Positions 49,531 to 56,910 of a stretch of 56,910 nucleotides of DNA are shown one piece after another. The stretch is from a virus (lineage: Duplodnaviria > Caudoviricetes). The notes beneath the pieces were generated by a model. The model made no database searches and was not told where the DNA came from. It saw only the letters and a program-made list of their open reading frames with translations. The stretch covers positions 1 through 56,910 of IMG/VR virus record IMGVR_UViG_3300014208_000049; one strand, 5' to 3'. The first letter of the stretch is position 1, and each line of letters starts with the position of its first letter. The position numbers and the translations under genes are program-made.

Positions 49531-51491
49531 GGGGTATACTTGCGTCGATCGTCCTTGTTTTGTTTGCGGTTGTGGCTGATGCCGCATGGACGCCGATAAT
49601 CGGGATTCCAGAACCGCCTTTTGGTATCAACGAAACGGCTACCGCAGTTCCTTCACCGTGGGATACGGAGACAGGAGGGTTTTATTATATCAACTATTTA
49701 ACCGGCGACGACACCGGAAGAACTTACGGTACTCCCTCCGCTCCGCGCCAGACCATTCCCCATACAATTCCGGCGGGGTCTGTTGTTGAGATACATGGGG
49801 CCACTTACGACGAAGGTGGAACGTTGAGCATAACAGCAAACGGATCGGCGGATAATGCAGTATTTATTCGCAGTACAAGTTACGCTGACAGGACGCAAGT
49901 AACGAATCAACTGTATCTTTACGGTACTTATGTAATTGTAGAGAATCTGCACTTCGGTTCTCAAGACAACGCGAATACTACTTTAGGCGTAAGAATACCA
50001 AATACATCAGGGCAAAGTAATATTGTTATAAGAAACTGTGAATTTTCTGGTAACGACATAAAGACTGGCGGCGTTGGCGTTGGGAGTTGGGGTTATCATA
50101 TCGCCGATAACTCGGTATCCAATGTTGTATTGGACAACCTTTACATTCACGATTTAGGAAAACTTGTGTTGGGTGTAGATACTGACGCTCACGGAGTGGG
50201 GTTAGCGGGAGTAATAGACAATCTGTGGTTGACCAACAGTACAATTAATGACTGCATTGGGGATGGTATACAGATTGAAGCACAAAGCACCTACAGGGAC
50301 AGGATACACCATGTCTACATAGGGAAAAACGACATCCATGACGTAAAGCAGAATACGGTGTGGATTAAACACGCCACAGACGTAGTTGTGTCTCAAAATA
50401 CGTTGCACTCACAACAAAAGGTAGATGCTTACTCTGGCGGTGGTGTAGCGGGGTGGCAATATGGACCCGAATATGTGTGGTTTTTAGCGAACGAGATATA
50501 CGATGCTGAAATGGGAATTAATTCAGGGAGTGGTGATCCCCCTGGAGATGGCTTGTATCAGTATATTATTGGAAACCTGATCTATAACATTCATTCCACA
50601 GATAAAAGCACAAGCGGATCTGGTGCAATGATGTTGCGTGGAGGAACCAATATAGCAATCATAAATAATACTATGTACGATTATGATTCTGGGATAAACA
50701 TGGCCAGTGACGGCAGGGTGTTGTCCATAACCAATAATATATTTTCCAACAGGGCAGACAATACAGTAAACGACATATACATGGAGGGGGCGACTTCATC
50801 TTCTAACTCAACCGTGGATAATTGTGTCTTTTATAATTCGGGGGATATAAGAATTTCGTGGAACGGTTCGCAGTATACAAGTCTGGCCGCGTTCCAGTCT
50901 GCAACGGGGAAAGGCGGCGGGTCTATTTCGGCAGACCCTTTATTCACAAACGCCACGGACAATAATTTTACGTTATCGGTAGGCTCACCTGCAATTGATA
51001 GTGGGGTAGTATCCGCCGCCTATCAGACGTTCTTCGACCGCTACGGTATTGACATACAGGAGGACATCGCAGGAACTACGCGACCACTCGGAGGGGTGTG
51101 GGATATCGGAGCATACGAGTCTGGAGGGATAGACTCCACCCCCGCCGCCTTCTCCTTCACCGACGTAACCGGCGCGACTCTATCGACCGTCACGACCTCG
51201 GACAACGTAACCGTAACGGGTATCGACAACACGACCACGCTGACGCTGACCGGTACGGGTTGCGAGTATTCCATCAACGGTGCGGCGTTCGCCACGGCGG
51301 ACGATAACGTGACGCTGAACGACAACGTGGCCCTGCGCGTAACGAGTAGCGCGTCCCACAACACGGCGGTGTCGTGCGTACTCAACATCGGCGGGGTAAC
51401 GGATACGTGGTCTGTGACGACATTGGCGGCGGTCGCTGACCCGCAGACGCCCCGATTCCGGGGTAGTTCAATGAGCGGAGGGTGGAGATGA
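49527..51491 (+). CDS. Right-handed beta-helix (depolymerase/adhesin-like) protein with signal peptide
   Basis: Repeated N.I/N.L stacks, DGIQI, ADPLF...FTL...SPAIDSG...DIGAYE; Ig-like tail; low GC. Confidence 0.8.
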   Translation: MRGILASIVLVLFAVVADAAWTPIIGIPEPPFGINETATAVPSPWDTETGGFYYINYLTGDDTGRTYGTPSAPRQTIPHTIPAGSVVEIHGATYDEGGTLSITANGSADNAVFIRSTSYADRTQVTNQLYLYGTYVIVENLHFGSQDNANTTLGVRIPNTSGQSNIVIRNCEFSGNDIKTGGVGVGSWGYHIADNSVSNVVLDNLYIHDLGKLVLGVDTDAHGVGLAGVIDNLWLTNSTINDCIGDGIQIEAQSTYRDRIHHVYIGKNDIHDVKQNTVWIKHATDVVVSQNTLHSQQKVDAYSGGGVAGWQYGPEYVWFLANEIYDAEMGINSGSGDPPGDGLYQYIIGNLIYNIHSTDKSTSGSGAMMLRGGTNIAIINNTMYDYDSGINMASDGRVLSITNNIFSNRADNTVNDIYMEGATSSSNSTVDNCVFYNSGDIRISWNGSQYTSLAAFQSATGKGGGSISADPLFTNATDNNFTLSVGSPAIDSGVVSAAYQTFFDRYGIDIQEDIAGTTRPLGGVWDIGAYESGGIDSTPAAFSFTDVTGATLSTVTTSDNVTVTGIDNTTTLTLTGTGCEYSINGAAFATADDNVTLNDNVALRVTSSASHNTAVSCVLNIGGVTDTWSVTTLAAVADPQTPRFRGSSMSGGWR

Positions 51492-51781
51492 GGTATCTGG
51501 CAATTCTGCTTCTGTTGGTCGCGGGGAGCGCGTGGGGGGAAGTGCATTATCACATCGAGAGTAACTCGCCTGACCCGTCCGTGCGGTCCCGTCCCGACTG
51601 CGAATCCATCGGGTACGTTCATGCGTGGGAGGACACGACGCCGAACGTCGTCTACACCGTAATATGCCCGGAGGATTATCCCGGTTGCGGTTCGCCCAAT
51701 CGGTCAAGGATGTGCCTTAATTGCGGCAAGCGACAGGTCAAGCCTAAACCCACGCCGCATCTGTGGGAGGATGTGAAGTGA
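51488..51781 (+). CDS. Small Cys-rich protein with signal peptide
   Basis: MRYLAILLLLVAGSAWG; C....HAW...C..C..CLNCG. Confidence 0.6.
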   Translation: MRYLAILLLLVAGSAWGEVHYHIESNSPDPSVRSRPDCESIGYVHAWEDTTPNVVYTVICPEDYPGCGSPNRSRMCLNCGKRQVKPKPTPHLWEDVK

Positions 51782-52203
51782 GGGAGTCCTTCCCCACCGC
51801 CATTGATTTCGTCCTCGCGCACGAGGGCGGATATAGTCTCGATTCTTCCGACCCCGGCGGCGAGACGAATTTCGGCATCTGTAAGCGGTCCTATCCGAAC
51901 GAGGACATCGCCGGGATGACGGTTGGCCGGGCTAAGGAAATCTACTTCGCGGACTACTGGTCGCCGATTGCGGACGCGCTTCCATCCCCCGCCGATTTCG
52001 TGGCGTTCGATGCGGCGGTCAATCAGGGGCTTGGATTCGCCCGGAAGATGGTCGCCGATTGCGGAGCGGACGCGGACGCCATGCTGTTCTACCGACTGAA
52101 GAAATACTCGGCTATCGTCGCGGCGCGTCCCACGTCGCTGAAATACCTGCGCGGGTGGATGAACCGGATCATCGCGTTACACGACAAGATGAAGGAGGCT
52201 TAA
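51778..52203 (+). CDS. Glycosyl hydrolase family 108 endolysin
   Basis: HEGGYSLDSSDPGGETNFGI, FDAAVNQG, GWMNRI. Confidence 0.9.
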   Translation: MRESFPTAIDFVLAHEGGYSLDSSDPGGETNFGICKRSYPNEDIAGMTVGRAKEIYFADYWSPIADALPSPADFVAFDAAVNQGLGFARKMVADCGADADAMLFYRLKKYSAIVAARPTSLKYLRGWMNRIIALHDKMKEA

Positions 52204-52476
52204 ATGGCCGACCAGAACTGGTTCCAGAAGATGATGTCCTCCCTGTTCGACCAACGTGGAGGCGTCTACGTCGGCATGGCTACCGCCGCGCTCATCTTCA
52301 TGGCGGTCGGGGAGTTCGTCCAGGGCGGGTGGAAGGCCCCGGCGTGGTACGTCACCGTTCCCCTCGGGGTCTATGCGTTCATTTTGGGCGTGTTCGTCGT
52401 CCGCAAGGGGGCCGAATACTACATGGACAGCCGGTACAACTCGCCGCCGGAGAAGCCGCCGGAACCGAAGGAGTAG
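52204..52476 (+). CDS. Holin-like membrane protein
   Basis: Two hydrophobic helices, charged tail, adjacent to endolysin. Confidence 0.6.
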   Translation: MADQNWFQKMMSSLFDQRGGVYVGMATAALIFMAVGEFVQGGWKAPAWYVTVPLGVYAFILGVFVVRKGAEYYMDSRYNSPPEKPPEPKE

Positions 52477-52484
52477 GAGGCATC

Positions 52485-52826
52485 ATGTGGGAATGGGCGA
52501 AATCGAATCGACTCTTTGCGGTCATCATTGTGGCCTTCGGGATCGTTGTCCTCGGGTCTGTAGCCGATGGGGTGTCGATGCGGCAGACCGCCCAAGGATA
52601 CCTGAACGCGGCGAAGGGCTGGGCGGCGGCGTATCAGCGCGACACGGCGGCGACGAAGACCGCTTACGAGGCGAGGATCAAGGTGCTGACCGCTGACCGG
52701 GACGCCTACCGAGCGAAGTACGTGGCGGCGAAGGGGAGGATGTCGGCACCATGGGTCCCTCCCAAGAATCCCGGCGAAATTGAGGAACGATTCCTGAAAA
52801 TGGGGTATCGGGGGGCAATCCGATGA
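52485..52826 (+). CDS. Rz-like inner-membrane spanin
   Basis: N-terminal TM helix followed by coiled coil, in the lysis cassette. Confidence 0.55.
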   Translation: MWEWAKSNRLFAVIIVAFGIVVLGSVADGVSMRQTAQGYLNAAKGWAAAYQRDTAATKTAYEARIKVLTADRDAYRAKYVAAKGRMSAPWVPPKNPGEIEERFLKMGYRGAIR

Positions 52827-53254
52827 GGAAAACCGCCGTAATCGGTCTGTGTTGCGTCCTGTTGGCGGGGGGTATGCCTACCTATGGCCTCGGGGGAGAT
52901 AACCCCGCCTACCCCCCGGCATCGAAGCCCGCTGGGGGCGAAATCTGCTTCCCCCTGCCCGATGGGGAGCGAATACTGCGGGATCTGGAATCCCTGCCCC
53001 CCTGCCGGGAGGCGGTAGTCGCCGCTGAGGACGCGCTCAATTCGTGCGAGTCCCGCGCCGGGATCATCGATCAACGGGTCGCGGAACAGGACCGCGAGTT
53101 GACGGAGGCCCGGAAGCTGGTAGAGGACACCAGGAAGGCGGGACAGGACGCGGCCAAGGTTGCGGCGGGGCCGTGGTATTCCCGTGCGCTGTCCGTGGTC
53201 AAATGGGTTGCGCTAGGGATCATCGTCGGGTTTGTTGGCGCGGCGGCAAAATAA
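52823..53254 (+). CDS. Spanin-like protein
   Basis: Signal-like N-terminus, coiled coil, C-terminal TM helix. Confidence 0.5.
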   Translation: MRKTAVIGLCCVLLAGGMPTYGLGGDNPAYPPASKPAGGEICFPLPDGERILRDLESLPPCREAVVAAEDALNSCESRAGIIDQRVAEQDRELTEARKLVEDTRKAGQDAAKVAAGPWYSRALSVVKWVALGIIVGFVGAAAK

Positions 53255-53270
53255 CAGGCGGGAGGCAATC

Positions 53271-53510
53271 ATGGCGAACGGCTATACCGACAAGGAAATG
53301 ATCGACAAATTATACGCGGGGCAGGAAGGCATCCAGCGCCAACTGGCGGCCCTGATGGAGAAGGTGGACCGGATAATGGTGGCAGGTTGCGCCCACCGTA
53401 CCGATGACTTGCGGCGCATCGAGGAACTGGAGGGCTGGCGGACCAAGGGCATCGTCGGCACCATCGGACTGTTCATCATGGCGATCGCCGCGCTGTTCAG
53501 GAGGATGTGA
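53271..53510 (+). CDS. Small coiled-coil protein with C-terminal TM helix
   Basis: GGGAGG RBS; RIEELEGW followed by hydrophobic helix. Confidence 0.6.
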   Translation: MANGYTDKEMIDKLYAGQEGIQRQLAALMEKVDRIMVAGCAHRTDDLRRIEELEGWRTKGIVGTIGLFIMAIAALFRRM

Positions 53511-53581
53511 TTGTTTCATCTTGCGATACATCAACTCGCATCCGACCAAGATGCCGAACAGGAAGACGATGATGAGGTCGG

Positions 53582-54391
53582 TCATTCGAAGAGCCACGGG
53601 TTTGGATCTTCTTCCTTCGATCCTCCGCGAAGCCACCAATCCCACATATCGTCCTCTGTACCCCATTCCCGCGACACGTCAGCAATCCCGCGTTGCTTGC
53701 GTTCCTCCACGCATCTACCGATGGCGCGTTTATATTTATATGCGGCTGCGATCTTCGGCCACCGTTCCATGTCTCGGGCCATTCCGGTCGGCCCCGCCAT
53801 CGGACACATGACGCATCCGATCCGCTTCCATCCTTCGGCGTACAGGGAGCAAACGGGAAGATTATTTGTTCGGATATAGTTCCAAACGTCATCGGTCGTC
53901 CAGTCGATGATCGGGTGAAGGAAGTTCTTGTCGGGATGGTTCTTGCAGTTCTCCACCATCCTTCTTTTCCCGCGCCGAACGCTCTCGGCCCACCGGATTC
54001 CGGTTGCGATAATGCGCCCACTTTCACGGTTCCCCGTCCCGCGACCTTCTTTCAGGTACTCGCAGCAGAACCGCATCATTCTTGTCGGTGGCATGTTCTT
54101 CTTCACGATCAACTGCCACATGGTCATCGCGGGCCGATGTACCTGTACGTCGGGGTATTCCTTGCGGATGAAGTGAACTAACTCGGGCGGGTCCACCGTG
54201 GTCAGGTTGTAGTGAACATCATGCTTCACGCCCGCCTTGCGCACCAAGTCCAGCAGGACAACGGAATCTTTCCCGCCGCTGAACGCCACGTACAACCCCT
54301 CCGGTGGAGTGAACTGTCGGATACGGGCGATGGCGATGGCAACCTTATCGTTACCGTCGAACAGGGGACCGATTATTTCAGGTGAAACCAA
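53582..54391 (-). CDS. PAPS reductase family protein
   Basis: AFSGGKDS, RFCCEYLKE, GIRWAES..R, RIGCVMCP. Confidence 0.9.
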   Translation of the reverse strand: MVSPEIIGPLFDGNDKVAIAIARIRQFTPPEGLYVAFSGGKDSVVLLDLVRKAGVKHDVHYNLTTVDPPELVHFIRKEYPDVQVHRPAMTMWQLIVKKNMPPTRMMRFCCEYLKEGRGTGNRESGRIIATGIRWAESVRRGKRRMVENCKNHPDKNFLHPIIDWTTDDVWNYIRTNNLPVCSLYAEGWKRIGCVMCPMAGPTGMARDMERWPKIAAAYKYKRAIGRCVEERKQRGIADVSREWGTEDDMWDWWLRGGSKEEDPNPWLFE

Positions 54392-54677
54392 TGTTGCTCC
54401 TTTCGCGCTGTTCAGGGGGATGTAGGCGCGTTCACCGCCCCCTGCTTGCAAGCCACTCCTGTATGCTGACGAATCCTTGTAGTATTTTCTTCTTCTCGCG
54501 GAGCGCGGCCCTTTCAATCTCCGCCCGGCCTATCGTGAGCGCGTGCATTATCCGCACCATCCCCGAGGGCGCGGCGTGACTTTTACCGCCAAAGCTCCCG
54601 CGTCGATGTTTCTTTAGACTGAGGGAACCGCCACCCTTATCCATTTGACCACCTCCTTTCGCGGAGCGGGAGTTACT

Positions 54678-54761
54678 TGGTACCCAAGGCGGGATTCGAA
54701 CCCGCACCCATTAAGGACCGGAGTTTAGGTCCGGCGCGTCTGCCAGTTCCGCCACTTGGGT
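54678..54761 (-). tRNA. tRNA-Leu(TAA) with encoded CCA and atypical C33
   Basis: ACCCAAG/CTTGGGT acceptor stem, discriminator A, GGTTCGAATCC T-arm, variable arm, CCGGA-CCTAAAC-TCCGG anticodon arm. Confidence 0.9.
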
Positions 54762-55040
54762 TCGATACTTTTCAATCAGCGCGTTCACTCGATCTTCTGA
54801 AAATTCAACATTGGCCCACGACTCAAGGGCGTGGAAAACCTCATGCATTAGTGATTCTGCCACAAAGTGTGGCACCTCGGATGAAGCAATGTCTTTTCCA
54901 TCAACAGCGGCCAGTAAAGAACCAAGGTTCAAAACGACGTGCGCTGTTCCGTGGTAGGACAAACTTCCATCGTTCAGGAACGCCGCGAATCCGGGTATCC
55001 AGTCGTGTTGGTAAACTTCGATTGTTATGCCATCGGTCAT
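54711..55040 (-). CDS. HExxH metallopeptidase-like small protein
   Basis: ESLMHEVFHALE...FSED. Confidence 0.6.
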   Translation of the reverse strand: MTDGITIEVYQHDWIPGFAAFLNDGSLSYHGTAHVVLNLGSLLAAVDGKDIASSEVPHFVAESLMHEVFHALESWANVEFSEDRVNALIEKYRTQVAELADAPDLNSGP

Positions 55041-55373
55041 CGGCCCTATACCCATACTCACCCCTTCCCGTCGAGGGCGCGTGACAACCCGCACCTTGCG
55101 CGTATCATTCCTTGCGGACAGTCCGAGCAATCGCCATCGTGGAATCGTCCGAGTTCGCTACAATTCTCTGACGAGCATTTCAGCGCGGACTCCAGCATGG
55201 CGATGCGGTCACGGTATTTGATACGCTCGCCTTCTGTTACGGTATGCGCGGCTATTTCCCGTGAGTAAAGACCCTCCAGTTCCGCGATGCGGGCGTCCTT
55301 GGAGACAAGCATGGCGACAAGGCGCTCTGTGTCCTTACGGAGACATATGAACTTCTCGCCGTTATAGGTCGCC

Positions 55374-55622
55374 TTAGGCATCCTTATCATCCCAGTCCCT
55401 CCTGTAATTGTCAGCGATCATCATGGCGAAATTAGCCACGTCTGCCGCTTCACGATCGATCTCGTCAGGATGAAGTTTCTTTTCAATGGCCCGCTTCAGT
55501 TCTCCCTTTTCTTGGACGAGTCGGTTCAGCAACCACTTTATAGTGCAGTATTCCCAACCGGATTTATGGCTGTTAGCATCTATCTTCTGTTGCATGACGA
55601 CGGCAAACTCGATGACGTTCAT
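55374..55622 (-). CDS. MazG-like/dNTP pyrophosphohydrolase-like protein
   Basis: RLVQEKGEL...EAADVANFAMMI. Confidence 0.65.
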   Translation of the reverse strand: MNVIEFAVVMQQKIDANSHKSGWEYCTIKWLLNRLVQEKGELKRAIEKKLHPDEIDREAADVANFAMMIADNYRRDWDDKDA

Positions 55623-55719
55623 TCTTCATTTCGTAATTCATGGCGATCTCCTTTTATCTGATGAGGGTTGGGAACAAATTGCGTCCAGAACGCCACGGGA
55701 ACATTGCAGGGGCATGGCT

Positions 55720-56136
55720 TCATGTCCCCTCCTTGGATTTCAGCGCGGCGCGGCAGATGGCTAAAGGGGCGGATGGGGCGTATGCACCCCACCCCCCATT
55801 AAACTCACAAAACCAGTGGTCGCGTGTAATATCCGTTCGAAGTAGTTTGAAGTTGCCCATCTTCTCCACGACCTTCCACGCGGCGGAGATGTCGGTGCTG
55901 AATGGCGATAACCCGCGTTCGATGTGACGGCGTGGGTCGTACTTTACGAGCGGCCTGTAGCGGCCAACGTGGCGTTGCCAATCCCGCGAACCGTACCAAG
56001 GCTCCCTGTCGCCGGGGCGTTGCCAAACCACGTGGGTATACTCTCCGCGTGTTTCTTCCCATGCCTTCCACCCCATCACCTTCTCCGCCACCAGCGCGTC
56101 CATCTCGCGGCCTGCTTCCATGGTGTCGTAGTTCAT
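55720..56136 (-). CDS. Phage ABA-sandwich-like protein
   Basis: REMDALVAEKVMGW...FSTDISAAWKVVEKM...APLAICRAAL. Confidence 0.7.
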   Translation of the reverse strand: MNYDTMEAGREMDALVAEKVMGWKAWEETRGEYTHVVWQRPGDREPWYGSRDWQRHVGRYRPLVKYDPRRHIERGLSPFSTDISAAWKVVEKMGNFKLLRTDITRDHWFCEFNGGWGAYAPSAPLAICRAALKSKEGT

Positions 56137-56203
56137 CCCCCCTCCTTCCGCCCGGTATGCCACGGGCAGTCTCCGTCAGCCGCCCTGATGATGTCGTGGA
56201 TGG

Positions 56204-56910
56204 TCATTTCTTCCACTCCCCGACCACCGTCACCTTGCGGCACCGAACTTTCGTGATGTCCGTGGCGTACACGACGATATCCTTCCGCGCCACGCGGCAC
56301 TCCAATACCCTCCCGTCGTTGTATCTCAACGCATCCTGCGGCGTGGGCGACAGGTGCAACCCGCCGCCGCATTGACGGGTCTTGTCGGGGTCGAAATCAG
56401 GGCAAACGACTTCACCCTCATATTTAATCTGGCCCGTATGGAAATCGCAGAGGGTATCGGGGCGCACGGATTTATAGAGGGTCAGCGGCTTATTTCCGTC
56501 GCCGAAAATTTCACAGAACGATTTGACCGAGTGTTGGAAAGTTTTCGTGCGGACCACGGTGACGCCGGTTCCGTGGCGCTTGATAGAGGGCTTGCAGTCT
56601 TGACAGATTATGCTGACGTAATGGTATGCCTCGATTTTTACGTTGTTCGACAATGAGCGGACAGAGCAGTTTTCGTGCGCCTTTACCTGCGACGATCCCC
56701 ACATCTCGCCGACCTGCGATGATTCCCGCATCACGCCGACCTGCGACGATCCCCGCATCTCGCCGACCTGCGACGAGTCCCACATCACGCCGACCTGCGA
56801 CGATCCCCGCATCACGCCGACCTGCGATGATTCCCGCATCACGCCGACCTGCGATGATTCCCGCATCACGCCGACCTGCGACGATCCCCGCATCTCGCCG
56901 ACCTGCGATG
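56204..56910 (-). CDS. 3' part of the origin-spanning repeat protein (DUF7666-like C-terminal domain)
   Basis: Repeats, then LYKSV...CGGGLHLSPTP..AL.Y...KVRC. Confidence 0.85.
   Translation of the reverse strand, partial: SQVGEMRGSSQVGVMRESSQVGVMRESSQVGVMRGSSQVGVMWDSSQVGEMRGSSQVGVMRESSQVGEMWGSSQVKAHENCSVRSLSNNVKIEAYHYVSIICQDCKPSIKRHGTGVTVVRTKTFQHSVKSFCEIFGDGNKPLTLYKSVRPDTLCDFHTGQIKYEGEVVCPDFDPDKTRQCGGGLHLSPTPQDALRYNDGRVLECRVARKDIVVYATDITKVRCRKVTVVGEWKK
56685..56910. repeat. 27-bp tandem repeat (same array as 1-175)
   Basis: About 8 consecutive units. Confidence 0.95.

Larger units (their letters stand above)
1..56910. mobile_element. Near-complete circularly permuted P22-like tailed phage genome
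   Basis: TerL, P22-type portal, coat, gp4/gp10 and ejection genes in P22 order; replication and lysis modules; the two ends share 73/74 nt and one ORF crosses the junction. Confidence 0.95.

Noticed and set aside
46056-51491. Diversity-generating retroelement or invertible tail-fibre switch
   Set aside because: No reverse transcriptase, invertase, or TR/VR repeat pair seen
53582-54391. PAPS reductase as part of a Dnd phosphorothioation system or sulfur-assimilation pathway
   Set aside because: No partner genes; solitary members of this family are common in phages
54590-54672. Stems after the tRNA (CTCCCGC/GCGGGAG) as a tRNA-associated HDV-like ribozyme
   Set aside because: I could not build the nested double pseudoknot; the region also holds a strong RBS and an ORF start

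Overview
The window looks like an essentially complete, circularly permuted genome of a P22-like (podovirus-type) tailed phage with a high-GC Gram-negative host. Both ends fall in one 27-bp tandem repeat inside a gene that spans the origin, and nt 1-74 match nt 56837-56910 at 73/74. The minus strand (1-22220 and 53582-56910) carries early/middle genes: DnaB helicase, replication initiator, Bet recombinase, PD-(D/E)XK exonuclease, four paralogous HNH endonucleases, an acyl carrier protein, two candidate immune-signal sponges, an AAA-ATPase/DUF1257/DUF2997/DUF3150-like cluster, a PAPS-reductase-family protein and tRNA-Leu. The plus strand (22523-53510) carries the late operon: terminase, portal, scaffold, coat, gp4/gp10 tail machine, ejection proteins, tail appendage proteins and GH108 lysis genes. 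No integrase or CI-like repressor is recognisable. Three things stand out. (1) A conserved 133-nt promoter-driven structured RNA leader with a translationally coupled uORF precedes two HNH genes, and similar uORF-through-structure leaders precede Rep, the exonuclease and the coat gene. (2) All tail-appendage proteins carry Sec-type signal peptides and are strongly enriched in an Asp-Asn motif, and glycosyl/methyl/LicD/cytidylyltransferase and B12-radical-SAM genes sit inside the virion operon. (3) A sigma54-type promoter heads the early operon. All family calls come from recognising motifs by eye; no database searches were run.
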